Assembly (NCBI RefSeq): GCF_006345805.1
Contig: NC_043011.1
Coordinates: 23,758,464-23,822,463 of the forward strand
Length of the DNA stretch: 64,000 bases
Origin: Octopus sinensis
Lineage: Eukaryota
Reading direction: 5' to 3'
Shown here: positions 38,502 through 53,500 of the stretch, piece by piece
Layout: each line of letters opens with the position of its first letter
Numbering within the stretch: position 1 is the first letter of the stretch
Made by a program: the position numbers and the translations under genes
Notes under the pieces: model-generated
What the model was told of the DNA's origin: nothing
Databases searched by the model: none
Seen by the model: only the letters and a program-made list of their open reading frames with translations

Positions 38502-41500
38502 GAGGTGCTGTAAAGTTCCTGGCTTTAAGGGTATCGTGAAAAGTACACATATAACAGGCTTCTTTCATTTACCAAATTTATTCACAAGGTGTTGGCAGAT
38601 TCAGAGCCATCATAGAATACTCCAGCCCAAGGTTCCATACAGTGAGACTGAACCCAAGACTACATGATTAGGAAGCATGCTCCTTAACCACACAGCCTTG
38701 CCTGCACCTAACTATGGTATTAATGTGGTGGTGAAGGTTTTTTTTTTTGTGTATGTATACTTGTTTATTGAGAGAATAGTGGAACGTTAGTGAGGGATAG
38801 TAGAAATTGAAGTTAAGAACATGTTTTTCAGTATAATCAAGTGTTGTATATTATAGAGATATTTCTGTACAATTTGATTTCAAATTCTGACTATTTCTTA
38901 TAGTTACAATTTTTGTTTGTTTTTGTAGGAATAGTTGATCTATGTATGAAGAAATACTGTAATCTTGTAGTTCATATTTATATAAAATATAATATCTGGA
39001 TATGTTTCTTGTGAGTCTTTGTGTTATAATTGTCTTATTATTTAGTTGTGAAGATGGTTAGCTTTTGTTTGGTTTGTATATGTGATATTTTTGGGGTTTG
39101 TTTACTTTGTGCTGTTTTGATGGCTAGATTCAGTAGTGTTTAATAAGTAGTGATAAAAGAGACAAAAAAAAATGTTTTTAAATGCTTGATTTGAAAATAC
39201 AATGCCCTACTAACACTAAATCAAAATTGACAGAGAGTTTGCTCAGACTGCTTTAAATAAATCTTCTAGTTGTAGTGAAAGTTGTATATGTGATGATTTT
39301 TTTTGTGTCTGTTTACTTTGTACTGTTTTGATGGTGTTTAATAAGAAGTGTTGAAAGAAAAAATGTTTTTAAATGCTTGATTTAGAATAAAATACCTCAT
39401 AACATTTTAATGTCTTAACTTTTTTACCGACACTAGGTCAGAACCGACGGAGGGTTGCTCGAACTGCTTTAAATGAATCTTCTAGTCGTAGCCACAGTGT
39501 TTTCAATATTCGTATTGTACAAGGCCCAGTGGATCAGAGTGGAGAAGAAGTAATGCATGTAAGTTTTAATTCTCTAAAATATTCTGTTGAGTGACCAGTT
39601 TTAGAGTAAAGTTTATTTGCAATGTTCTCAAATAACTGACATGTTTACTCTCCAATCCACTGCACAACTTTAATTTGTAGTAGCTCAATCAAACATTGTC
39701 ATCTCTAAATTATGCCTCACAAATTTAAGTTTACTCTTTTTGTCTAGGTTGGCATTGACGGAGTGGTAAGCAAATTTATTAATACATAAAACATTCTTTG
39801 TTCTCTGGCTGCTTGGGTCTCTTCTTTGCATGGCTCATTACACCAGTCTTTTTTTCCCCTTATAACCTTTCAAATTTTGTCATGCGGAAGTTGAATATTT
39901 TGCAGAATGTTTCTCCTTTTTCTTTATTGTCCTGAAAATCTTGTGATGTTAAAGTATATTGTTAAGATATGTAGAACTATTTTCAAACTTTTTTTTTACC
40001 CTTCTATCTTTATCTTAATGCTAAAGTACTAGTTAAAATAAATTGTATCAAACTCCCACATCTTATAAGGAAAATATAAGCATGAAACCTTTATAAGTGA
40101 GATGAAATATAAATTTGTGATAGTCACATGAATGCAAAGTTTTGGTAATGTAATGGCATGACTGATTTCTACACTATATTTTATCCAAGAAATAAATAAC
40201 AGTAATACCGTATTTACTCATGTATAATGCAAGAAATTTAATTAAAACCAAAAAAATCAAGATTAAAATTGAATATAAATTTACACCAGTGTAATGAAAA
40301 ACAAAAACATTCATAATGACAAACTTGTGGAGACAAAGACACTGAAAACATTAGCTCTGAGACATCTAACCACTAACGTATATTTATCATTGCTTGTTAC
40401 TATGAATCACTATATGTATAGCAAATACATTCAATGGTAATTGTTAATTCTCTTAGTACACTGGTGCCATATGGTTATACTCACTAGTGTTGAAAAGTGA
40501 CTAATTTAATTTAAAAGATTTTAAAAAAGCTGAAACCATGCCACTTTTGAAATTTGTGGTTTATGTGTTTTAAAATCACAGTGATGTTATGTTGGGTTCT
40601 GAAATAACCTTGTCAGAGGTCACAGGTATATACGAAAATAAAATATATAACCAATTTTTCTAGCTACAAAAAGTGGAAGTCACATTATGTTTGAGATTGT
40701 ATTGTACTCAAGTAAATACGGTATTTGACTTGCCTTCCCTTTTAATCCTTCAACTTCCATTTTCCTGTCACCCTTTATATTTTTGTGGCTGATCTAACTA
40801 GAAAACACCTTCCCTGCCACCTGCTGTTGTAGCATTTCGTCAGCTAAAAAGAATAGTTAAAAATGAACAAGAAGAAATATAAATAAAATGTATTAATACT
40901 TGACTTGCAAATGTTAGAAAAAAAGAAAAGACAAGGCAAAAAACCCAACCTGTTAGTTGCTTTGGTGGATTTATTGGCTATTTTTGATTTATTAATAAAG
41001 CTTTTTGTAGTGTTGTACTTTAGTTTGATTTTAGTTATTGTTTGCATCAAAATGCTTGTTGCTTTCTTTCAATATATCAGTTAAGCCTGCTCTAAAAGAC
41101 AGTAGCTTTTGTTTTAATTTCTTAAATATATATTTGAGGTGAAGCTACAGTAGTTAAAAAAACCCCCCAAAAACCTTGTTTATTGTAAAAACTATAAAAT
41201 TCTCTGTATCTGTTTTTCTTTTTAAGGTTATCTTTACAGTTAGCTACATTAATTTTCTTGCTTGTATCTTTGGAGAAAAATCACCTGTTTAGAATTTTTT
41301 AAAATTTAACACTTAGGTAGTGAACCAGCAAGAGGTGTCTTGGCTTTTGTGTGTGAATATATGTATGTATGCATGTGAATATATATATATATATATATAT
41401 ATATACAGTATTTTATTCAAACTGAAAAGTGATCACAAACTGTTACTCAGTTTCTTGTAATTGATCCTCAAACAGTTGTGAGCACACTTGTGACTGTGAT

Positions 41501-44500
41501 TCATTGTTTATGTGAAACTCTGAGGAACAGTCTGTGAAATCTTTTCAATAAAATAAAAAAACTAATTAACATTTAATATTCAAGTACTATTTTTTCCCCA
41601 CCTTGTTACACCTATGTGCTCATTTGTACGTGTGTATATATATATATATATATCTATTATATAAAATCCGTTCTGTCTGTCTGTGTGGATGTCTTCTAGG
41701 ATCTCGGGCATCCTCCATCTGATTGCGCTCAAATTTGATATGTAGATACCGACGGTATCAGGGCGTGTATGTCTTGAAAAAATTACAAAAATCGATTCCA
41801 GGTGAGAATGCAATCGATAAAGCCATGGGAATGTGCATTTGTATGCGCAAGTACATCAGCTGTTGCGATGTACTTACTGGTACTTTAAACTCTTCGGTTG
41901 CATATTTATGTGAATAAAATTGTTTTTCTTTGAAATAGAAAAAAAAGTCTATCTTTATTTTTTCTTTTGCTGGTGTCTCAAATTTAGGTTAAATCAGTGT
42001 TTCTCAAAGGGAAGGCCTATGAGACAGTCGGACAGGTTGTTTTGAGAAAACTTGCTTTAAATGTTTGACAACTCAGCACCGTCCATTGGTCGGGGGTGGG
42101 GGGGCGTTTTGCTCGTATATATATATATATATATATGTTGCAGCATTGCTTTAAGGATAAAGTCTTAGAGCTTTACAGCCAGTTGACTAACTGACACTGT
42201 CAACATAGCCATATGTGATTCTAAAGACTAATACGTACCTCAGTAGTTTACTATAAAAGAAAAAGAAGGCCTTGTTGAACTGATCTTTCAGAATTGAGTG
42301 CTCAGATACATGAGCTTTCAGTAGTGAGCATTTTGATAAAAGTAATCTGACCCATGATCATATGTATTTTACACTGCTTTAATAACCAAAGTGACCTTTT
42401 TTTTTCTGTAATAGGAAGCAAATTCAATTTGTGTAGGACAACTATCTTTAGTTGATTTGGCTGGTAGTGAACGTACTGTACGCACCAAAAATATGGGTGA
42501 ACAACTCAGAGAAGCATGTAAGTTGTCTTATTTCTCATTTATTTAACTTCTAGTGTTCAGATTATACTGGCAAGTGTGATTGTTGTTTATTCAAATTGCT
42601 TTGAATTAATCATGCATTATCTTGTAGCTTCAAGATTTCAATGAGGTGATATATTTTTAGAATATCTTGTAAGTTAAGTATTTTTGCTAATTTCATCTTA
42701 AACATTTATGGAAGTGGAGCTGATTCTTATACAAAGTAGTTCTGTCTTTGATAGTTTTTGTAGCAAATGTTATAATAAATACATTACAAACTACAAGTCA
42801 TGGGGTATCTGCTGCAGGTTTACCATTCTGGCGAGGTTAAAAATATTTATCACCAGGTTGAGCATCCAGACAGATCAACAACAACCTCTTCTAGGCAGGC
42901 TGTTGATGAATTTTAAGTCCTAACTTATATCAAGGAAATAGGAATATATTACCATGCAAGTCTAATAAATCCTCAACATAAATTTCAGAATTAAAACTGT
43001 ATTTGTTCTTGGAAAGTTTGCATACCTACGGGATGTGATATCATCGTCATTCTTTAACATCAGTTTTCCATGCTGGCATGGGTTGGAGGGTTTAACCAGA
43101 GATGGCTGCTGGAGAGCTGCACCAAGTTCCAGTCTGATTTGATTTGGTTTTTATGGCTGGATTCCCTTCCTTACGCCAACCACTTTACAGGGGTGTGCTG
43201 TGTGCTTTTAATGTGGCACTGGCATGTAATATAATTTTATCTGAACATAGTTCTTTTGATTGTGGGTCTGCCTGCCTTTGTGCATAGTTATACTGGTTAG
43301 AGTTTAACTCAGGCTCACTTATCTGTGCTCACATATTTTACTGTGCGTCCGTGTCCGTACATGATGTATAATTGTTGAAATAACCAGTGTTAAATAATTT
43401 TGATGAAGTTTTCTTTGATTTTCAGCTAATATCAACAACACACTCATGACACTAAGAAACTGCATTGATATTCTCCGTGAAAATCAGAAATTTGGATCAA
43501 GTAGGGTGTGTAGAATTATTTCTCTCTATTTTTCTTTTTTTTTTACTAGTTTTAGTCATTGGGTTATGACCATGCTGGGGCACCACCTTCAAGGGCTGTA
43601 GTTGAACATGACACTTATTTTGTTTAGTCTGTTGGTATCTATTTTATTCCTGCTTTGCCATTCTCTCCTGCAAACCCATTCAGTGCTTGCTGGAAATCAC
43701 CTTCTGGTGAGCCAAGTAGCACCATGTCGTCTGCAAATATCAGCTGACTGATCCTCCACCCACCAATTGTGGTACCCTTTCCATTACAGCTGTGCATGTT
43801 TGTCCATTTCATAAAAATTATGAAAAGGAGACGTGACAATACACCTGAAATCCGACACCCAATTTTGTTAAAGGTTTTGACTTAGCACCTTTTACTTAAA
43901 CACAAACATTTGTAGGGATTTTACAGCAACCAGAAGTTGCTCATTAATCTCAAACTCCTGCACCCCTTCCATACTATATCCTGAGGCATGTGGTCATGCG
44001 CCTTTCCGAGATTGACAGGGTGTGTAGCTTGGAGGGAGGTCTGTCATGCTTAGGTTTCCAGTGGGAAACTTTAATGACAATTGTTTCTGTAGGACCCTAT
44101 GAAGGAGGTAACTGAGAACTTTACTCCCATAGTTTTCTATGGAAATGGATGATATTTATTTTATTAACAGCCCAGTTAAAGTTGATATGAAGGGACATAA
44201 CTCGACTCATTGCTTCATACTTCTATAAAGCCACACACACACGCTGAAGCAAGTTGTCCACATAGGTTAGACATTTTCTTACCCTATTGACTGCTTACCT
44301 TTCAACTGACTGCCATAAGACCAGTTGACATCCAGATTCTTCTGGGTGCCTGATGCAATGACCAGCAATTGTCATTCTTCTCTGCTGAATCTTCTCAGTC
44401 ACTTTGTGTAGATCTTGATAAAGCTATTGGGTTATCCCATAAATAATGCAGTTTTTTTATACTTCTTTTATTTTTCAAACTTAAGATAAACAAAGTTTTT

Positions 44501-47500
44501 TTTTCATCTAAAATATACTCTCCTTCATTTTCTACAATGCTCTTCCATCTATCTGGTAGACTTGCAAGGCCCCTCTTCCAAAACTCACTTGTCTGTGACA
44601 AAAAATACTCCTTCAGTACTGTTCTGACCTCGTCTACAGAATTCATATTTTTCTGTCCAAATGATTTTGAAGACTAAAGAATAAATGATTATCAGATGGG
44701 GCAATGTCCGGCGAATATGGTGAGTGGGGCATCGTTTCCCATTCAAACTGTTCCAGCCTTTGGAATGTCATCCTCATTGTATGTAGCCGAGCATTATCCT
44801 GATAGAACACCTTTCATCTTGAAACCAAAGATGGTCGTTTTTCTTCTTGTGGTGACTTAAGCCGCCACATAAGCTGCTTGCAGTAGATCTCCTTTGCTAT
44901 TGTTTGGTTTGGGTTTAAAAGTTCAAAATGGACTAAACCTTTCACATCCCACCAAATAAATAACACCTTATGTGAGTGAAGACCTTCTTTAGCCTGGGGT
45001 ACCAATGTTTTTCCTTTCCCTACTTCAGTGCTTGACATTTTTATAGAGAACCCATTTTTTGTTGCCAGTCACTATTTGGTCCAAAAAAGGTTTATTCATG
45101 AGATGTAACAGCAAAGAAGAGCACATATTCACTCTCTGCATGCAATTAGACTTGGAGAGTTTGTAAGGAACCTACTGGCCCAATTTGCTTTTTCCGATGG
45201 CATGCAGTTGTCAATAAACGGTTGAATGACCAAATCCAAGCTTCTCTGCTAGTTTCTTAACAGTTACGATGGGATTTTGTTCCATCAGGGTTTGCAGGAC
45301 ATCCTCATAGATCTCTGCTGATCTTCCAGGATGCGGCCTGTCTTCTAGGCTATAATTTCTGGAACCTCATTGACACTGGCTTACGCTTATTGTCAAATCC
45401 CCATATACTACATTAACATTCCTCGCACTTTCCATCGCATTGTTGCCTTTATTGATATTCTTTTGATATTCTTGTGTAAGCAGCTGTATTTGTTTTTTCA
45501 TAGCCTATAAAGGCTACATGGGCAGCTAAAACAATTAGCAAAAGCATGGTATGTTACTAAACCATACTTACTTATGAACGATGGCTGGCTGTACTGGAAA
45601 TATTATTTCTGTTCTTAAATAACTTGTTCATTTCATTGACATGTGATCCATTTCATTAGCCTGTCACTCTTTCTATTTCTGTTATTTCTTATTCTCTTGC
45701 TGTCTTCTTTATTCCTCCTTTCTCTTCTCTTTGTTTCACTGCTCCAGCTTTCTCTTCAGTTTCTTTCTCTGCTCTGTCTGCTTCTGTCATTCTAAATTCT
45801 GTTAAAATTCATTGTTCACAGCATTTAATCTGCTTTCTTTTCTTTCTTTAATTTTAAACAGATTGTACCTTATCGTGATTCCAAACTAACTCATCTCTTC
45901 AAGAGCTACTTAGAAGGTGATGGCAAGATCAGAATGGTTGTTTGTGTTAATCCTGCTGCCAATGAAGTTGGAGAAACTTTGGTTTGTTTCTTAGAGCTAT
46001 TTTAAAATATCCTGATGAATATTTCATTATTTTATGTAATGCCAAGTGGCACTGTAGATTAATGATTAAGATTCCAGAAGCAAAGTTGCCATACTGTGAT
46101 GTTCTGACCAACATGTGTCTGGCTAGTTAGAGACAAACGTTAGACACTGACAAAAAAAGAGTCTGTCAAATAATTCAATAACTCCTTCAAGAAAACAAAG
46201 GAGTTGATGAAAAGCAAGAGCCTGAAATGTATATTTCCTACTCCTCGAGGCAATAGGATTATTTATTATTCCATTAGTTTTCTTGATTGATTTTTTTTCT
46301 TGCCAGTACAAACTCTGAGTAGTTTACTTAGATTTCAGTTTTTGTCTTGCTTGATATAATACATCGTAGTTATATCATACTATAATGTTTCATGATGACC
46401 AGGACATCATATTATGTTATAGTATATTATAACATGTGGAAGCGCGTGGCTTAGTGGTTAGGGTGTCAGCATCATGATCGTAAGATTGTGGTTTCGATTC
46501 TTGGACCGGGCGACACGTGTTTTTGAGCAAAACACTTCATTTCACGTTGCTCCAGTCCACTCAGCTGGCAAAAATGAGTAATGCTGCGATGGACTGGCGT
46601 CCCGTCCAGCTGGGGAACACGTATGCCATTGAAACCAGGCCCATGAGCCTGGCTAGGCTTTAAAAGGGCGCATTTATTTATATTATAACATAATGAAAGG
46701 ACTTATTTGGATACTTTATGTCTGGCCCTTTAAACATTAAATCAACATGTTTCTTGACATCTGTGTCGATAAAATCCCTTTGTCCAATGATGTTTTTGAA
46801 AGCAGCTTATTGTTTAGAAAAAAGCAAAAAAAGTTTACTTTGCTGGCTAATTTTGTTTCTTACTTACTTTCACATGTATTTCATAAGATATGCAAATTCA
46901 TCTTCATTGTTTAACCCTTTAGTATTTAAACTGGCCATATCTGGCCAAAGTATTCTGTTTTATGTTCAAACTGGTCAGATCATACCTCTCACATCTACTC
47001 TACAACGTCATTTTAAACCTAAACAATTATATAATCAAAATCTTGAAGCTACAAGGTAATGCATGATTAATTCAAAATAATATGACTATATAAGCAATGC
47101 ATTTGACGGAATAATTTGGATGCTAAAGGGTTAACATCCATTTTTTTTTAAAGCTGGCATGGGTTGGGACAGTTCGACATGAGCCAACAAGCCAGAAGAC
47201 TATCTCAAGCTCCAATGTCTGCTTTGGCATGGTTACTATGGCTGGATGCCCCTTGTAGCATCGACCACTTCACTCAATGTATTGGGTGCTTTTTACACTC
47301 CAGCATTGCTAGTGCGGTCACCATGGGACTTGCAAGACAAGACCCACATCAAATGAGGGAGTGTAGCATTGAGGAAGGTGGTTATGTGCCAGGTGATGAG
47401 ATATTAATTTATGATGGTGGGACAGGAGCAGGTGTTTTGCTGTAGATGAGATGCACATCTGTCCTAGTTGGAAAAAGAAAGAAAGATGGTGGTGGTGAAG

Positions 47501-50500
47501 AGCTGTCAGGGTGTATTTTCAAGTTAGAAGAATGAAGAGGGTGAATGGGTAGGTAAGTTAGGGAGAGTGGCAGAGGGATAATGATGGGGGATAAATGTGA
47601 ATGGTGAACATGGGTGATGTGGTCAGTAGTGAATATCATCTGCGAGTGGGGAGGAAATAGGAGTGGGTCAGATGATGTGAAGTATGGTGGAGGGATGGGA
47701 TGCTTGAAGCTAGTTTATCACATATTTTAATTGTTTTCCTCTCTCTTTGTTCCCTTGCAGCATGTTATGAAATTTGCTGAAATCACACAAGAAGTAACTA
47801 TTCAAAGAATAGAAGGTCGTTTTCAAGAAGTACCAGAAACTCCCAATGGTAGACTCTATCCAAATCTTGAGGAGGAGTTTCGAAGTGATACTGGTTCAGG
47901 TAAATATGAATTGGTGCTTCATTCATCATCATTTTTTAACATCTGTTTTCCATGCTGGTATGGGTTAGATGGTTTGACCAGAGCTGGGAAGGAGGAGAGC
48001 TGCATCAGGTTCCAATCTGATTTGACTTTGTTTCTACAGTTGAATGTCCTTCCTAATGCCAACCGCTCTCCAGTCTGTGCTGGGTGTTTATATTCTGTTA
48101 TTAATTTCAGTCATTGGACTGCAGCCATATATTGCCACTGTCTTGAAGTGATTAGTCGATCAAATTAACTCCTTATTTTAAATCTGGTACTTTTTATGTT
48201 TTTTTCCCCTTTTTGGCTGAACTACTAAGTAATGGAGATGTTAACAAACCAACATGGAATAGTTTTAACATAAAGTTAGAGAGAGAGAAAGACAAATGCC
48301 AATGTAACGATACAGATGGTATGATGGGCATCTACATGGTTTCCAAGCGCTGTTACAGGATATTGCTGAACTGAGGCAATAGAAGCAATAGAAAACATTT
48401 GTTTAAGGTGCTTGTATAGTGGAACTAAATCATATAGTTTTGAAATGGACTGCCATTATGAAAGACTACTGAATGTGGAGAATGAATGAGAGGAGGAGTG
48501 TCTGCCAAAGGTTTACCCAATAGAGGGACTAGCTACCCGAATCAACAGTACCCTGGTAGATGAAGCAATTGAGGATATGAAGACAGGGAAAGCACCTGGC
48601 CCATAAGGAATCACTGCTGAGATGCTTAAAATATCAGGCAGTGTGGGTTACGGTCTTGTCACTTGCATCGTAAATCAGATAGTTCATGAAGGAGTCATAC
48701 CCAATGATTGCTGTAGCAGCACCATAGTCAACTGCTACAAGGGTAAAGGTGATGCTTTAGATAGAAATAACTACAGGAGTATCAATCAGGTGATGAAAGT
48801 TACAGAGAGGGTCATAGCCCAACTAATTAGGGAGAGAGTTAGCCTAGATTTGGTTTTGTGCCAGGCAGAAGCACTACTGATGCTATATTTCTGGTAAGGC
48901 AGCTGCAGGAGAAATATCTAACCAGAGATAACCCTCTGTTGACTGATAACCTTTTGTTGACTTGGAGAAAGCCTTTGACAGGGTCCCCCGGTCCCTTATC
49001 TGGTGGTCAATGCAGAAACTGGAGATAGACGAGTAGTTGGTAAGAGCTGTACAAGCCCTGTACAGGGATGCTGTTAGTAAGGTGAGGGTTGGCAATGAGT
49101 ATAGTGTAGAATTCTGAGTAGAAGTAGGGGTTCAAAGATCAATCCTCAGCCCCCTCTTGTTCATTATAGTCCTTCAGGCAATAATAGAGGAATTCAAGAC
49201 AGGTTGCCCCTGGGAGTTCCTCTATGCTGATGACCTTGCTCTAATAGCCAAGTCACTGCCAGAACTAGAGACAAAGTTTAGGGTGTGAATGCAAGGTCTA
49301 GAATTGAAGAGCCTTAGGGTTAATCTAGGAAAAACCAAAGTCATAGTAAGTAGTAAGGCTGTCAAATCACAAATCCCTTTAGGTAGAGAAAAGGCGTGTG
49401 TAGAAACTCCATATGATGTACCTGGTGTAATCTATGGACACATAAAAGATGCAGCAATATCAAAGGAAGGTTAACTGGGAAGATAGTTTTTATGGTAGAT
49501 GCACAGGGGCAATAAACACTGAAGATGTACAGAAAACAGATTCCATCATATGCCAGGTGGGAGAAACTAGAAGTAGTTGATAGCTTCTACTACCGAGGCA
49601 ACCAAGTCTGTAGTGGGGATGGTTGTTCTGAGAGTATAGCAGCTAGAATAAGAATAGCCTGGACAAAGTTCAGGGAGCTCCTATCTCTGCTGGCAACTAA
49701 GGGCCTCTTGCTCAAGATGAAAAGTAGACTGTATGATGCATGTGTGCGAACTGCCATGCTACACGTCAATGAAACATGGGCCATGACTGCTGAGGACATG
49801 TGCAGGCTTGAAAGAAATGAAGCTAGTATGCTCTGCTGGATGTGTAATGTCAGAGTAAAATCTTTGTTTGCTTACCAGTAGAGGTAACAACCTTTCTGAA
49901 CATCTCCCACCCACTTCTTAGTCTAATGAGTATTCTTTCATCACAGTCATCATAATAAATACTACTTTGTGTCTGAGACATCCACAGATTTCATTCACTG
50001 GTGTTCTTAATGGCAACCACTCATCATTTGTAGTACTTTTAAAATCTTGGTTAGCTGCACCACAGAACCTGTTTGTTCTATCTGTTTACACTAAATACTC
50101 AGTAATAAATTCCTTACCTATAAGTAAGCTAGTTAGTCTATGAAGCTAAATCTCAAGTGACATTTAATTACTATTACATATCTGGTTATATGTTTGTTAA
50201 AAGTTATTAACCCTTTAGCATTCAAACAGGCCATATCAAGCCCAAAATATTCTGCTTGTTCTATGCTCAAACTGGCCAGATTTGGCCTCTCACACCTACC
50301 ATGCAATGTCATTCTAAAAATATATAATTACTTCATTGAAATCTCAAAGCTACAAGATAATGCATGATTAATTAAAAATATGGTGACTAAATAAGCATTA
50401 TATTTGACAGTAAACTGAATGCTAAACAGTTAAATGTTATTTAACAACTTGTCAGATGCTGTCAAATCATCCAACCCATGCCAGTATGGGAAGCAGGTGT

Positions 50501-53500
50501 TAAATGATAATATTGATGACTATGAAGACTTGAAAGAAATTGTAATGGAGGTAAAAAAAATAATCAGTCATGAATCTTGCTTCATCATTATTATTCAAGG
50601 AGGATGTTAAATTTTGATGATGATGCAGCAAGATTCATGGCTGACTTTTTTCTCCCTCTCTATTACAACTTCTCTAAAGTCACAGGCTGGTTTGAATCAT
50701 TGCCGTCCTCATTGTCAACATCGTCGTCACCATCGCCACCAATAACAGCATCATCATCATCATCATTTAATGTCCGCTTTCCATGTTAGCATGGGTTGGA
50801 CGGTTCAACTGGGGTCTGGGAAGCCAGAAGGCTGCACCAGGCCCAGTCTGATCTGGCAGTGTTTCTACAGCTGGATGCCTTTCCTAACGCCAACCACTCC
50901 GTGAGCGTAGTGGGTGCTATTTATGTGCCAGACGAGGCTGGCAAACGGCCACGATCGGATGGTGCTTTTTATGTGCCGCCGGCACGGGGACCAGATGAAG
51001 CTGGCAACGGCCACGGTCAGATGGTGCTTTTTACGTGCCACCGGCATAGATGCCAGTCGGGCTTATTATTTAATGTCCATTTTCTGAGCTTTCATATAAT
51101 CATATAATCAATAGCTATAGTAATAGCAAAATTTTTTTATTATTTAATGCAGTTTATATCTGGTTGTAAACTTATATACATCAATTTGCCAAAAGTGCAG
51201 TCCTGTGGTTTGTCAGATCCTGTCAAATAGTCCAACCAATGAAAGCTCAGAAAATGGACATTAAATAATAAGCCCGACTGGCATCTATGCCGGTGGCACG
51301 TAAAAAGCACCATCTGACCGTGGCCGTTGGTTGGACTATTTGACAGGATCTGACAAACCACAGGACTGCACTTTTGGCAAATTGATGTATATAAGTTTAC
51401 AACCAGATATAAACTGCATTAAATAATAAAAAAATTTTGCTATTACTATAGCTATTGATTATATGATTATATTCTATTTTTGCTGTTACTATGGCTGTTG
51501 AGCATACCTGTTTTCTTAGCAACAATAAATGATGTAAGATTTATTTGTATTTAGTAGGTCTGATATAAGCTTACTGGAATTTTTCCTCATGGGAGAAATT
51601 TGATGGGAACTGTTGTATCTTTTCTCCCTCTCTATTACAACTTCTCTAAAGTCACAGGCTGGTTTGAATCATTGCCGTCCTCATTGTCAACATCGTCGTC
51701 ACCATCGCCACCAATAACAGCATCATCATCATCATCATTTAATGTCCGCTTTCCATGTTAGCATGGGTTGGACGGTTCAACTGGGGTCTGGGAAGCCAGA
51801 AGGCTGCACCAGGCCCAGTCTGATCTGGCAGTGTTTCTACAGCTGGATGCCTTTCCTAACGCCAACCACTCCGTGAGCGTAGTGGGTGCTATTTATGTAG
51901 AACATTCAAGAGAAAAATAAAAACCTAAATGTCTTTTTTTTTTTGTTTTCTTTTAAATTTCAGATTGTACGAGTAGTAGCCGTTCTACAACAGTTCCTGT
52001 GCCACTGTATGACCTGGGACCACAATTTCCAAACATGGAGGTAATTGTTTATTTTCAAAATGTTTCTTAAACATTTACTTTTGTGTGCCTCAGGCTGTGG
52101 CACCAACATAGAATCTCAGAGAGAATATATTGGTGTGGTTTTTATGGTTTCTCATTCAGATGTATATTCTTTTACTTGTTTTAGTCATATGATAGCAGCC
52201 ATGCTGGAGCACCGCCTTGAAGGGTTTTAGTCGGCTGAATCAACCTCAAGACTTATTCTTTAAGCCTACTTATTCTATTGGTCTCTTTTGCTGAACTGCT
52301 AGTTACGGGGGACATAAACACACCAACACTAGTTGTCAAGCAGTCCTGGACCCCCCCACACACATACATGATGGGCTTCTTTCTATCTATTAAATCTACT
52401 CACAAGGCTTTGTCTGGCCCAAGGTGCCACACAGTGGGACTGAACCAGGAACCATGTGTTTAGGAAGCCAGCTTCTTACCACACAGTCACGTAAATAATA
52501 GTGACATTCATGTCTTTTCTTCAAAGTATTAGTGTCACATGTGAAGGAAAATTAGTTTCAGCATAATTGTAGGGAAGCTAAACAACTATGTTGTTCGTGT
52601 TTGATCCCGTTTTGTGGAACCTTGGGCAGTTACCTTCTGATGTGTCACTTGCAGCAAGTGTCTTCTATAGCCTTGGGCTGACCAAAGCCTTCTGAGTGGA
52701 TTTGGTAAATGGAGACTGGAAAAAGCCCATTGTCTGTGTGTGTGTGTGTCATTTTTGTCCCCTACCACTACCTGGTAACTGGTGTTAGCTTGTTGATGTG
52801 TCTGTAGATGAGACCAATAAAATAAGCACAAGGTGTTAAAAAATAAGGGAGGAATTCTGCTTTAAGTATCCCATATAACCCCTCATAGCTTTTTTTACTT
52901 TTGGGAATTTTCGGAAAATTTTTGCAAATTTGTTTTCTACACACTATGAAGACCCCCCCCCAAAAAAAAAAAAACTGACTCGAGCTGTTATTTTTAGCAT
53001 AGCACATGACCACCTGGTACCCTCTTCATTTGTTTGTCACTGTGACATATTGATGTTTTCTTTATTTTTCTCCCCCTTAATACATTTGATCTGTTGCTGG
53101 TATTTAAGCAAAAAATTTGGACTGTCTATGTTTTAAACTGATTTTAAAAAAGAAAAAATTGTAGAATGCAAATCTGCAAAACTTTTCTGAAAATTCCAAA
53201 AAATGGAAAAACTTATGAGGGGGTTATATGGGGTGCTTAAAGCAGAATTTTACCAAAATATGTGTTGGGGTTAATTAATTCAACTAAAACCCTTCAAGGT
53301 GGTGCCCCAGCATGATTGCAATCCAGTGACTGAAACAAGTAAAAGATAAATCATTTAAAAATTGCTTGTGAGAACATGGAACGAATGGATGTAGAATACA
53401 GACTGACCTCACACCAGCAGGAAGAGTGAAATGTGCCACAATTCCAGAGGTGTACGAATGAGTGAAAAAATCTTGGGAAAATGTAAGAACAGAAATTTTG

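Noticed and set aside
44395-45038. Possible intact or domesticated transposase
   Set aside because: Multiple frameshifts and stops; the 5' end is missing
46438-46510. tRNA-like sequences (also at 11486, 8884, 58691)
   Set aside because: SINE heads with A/B boxes running into SINE bodies; no complete acceptor stem
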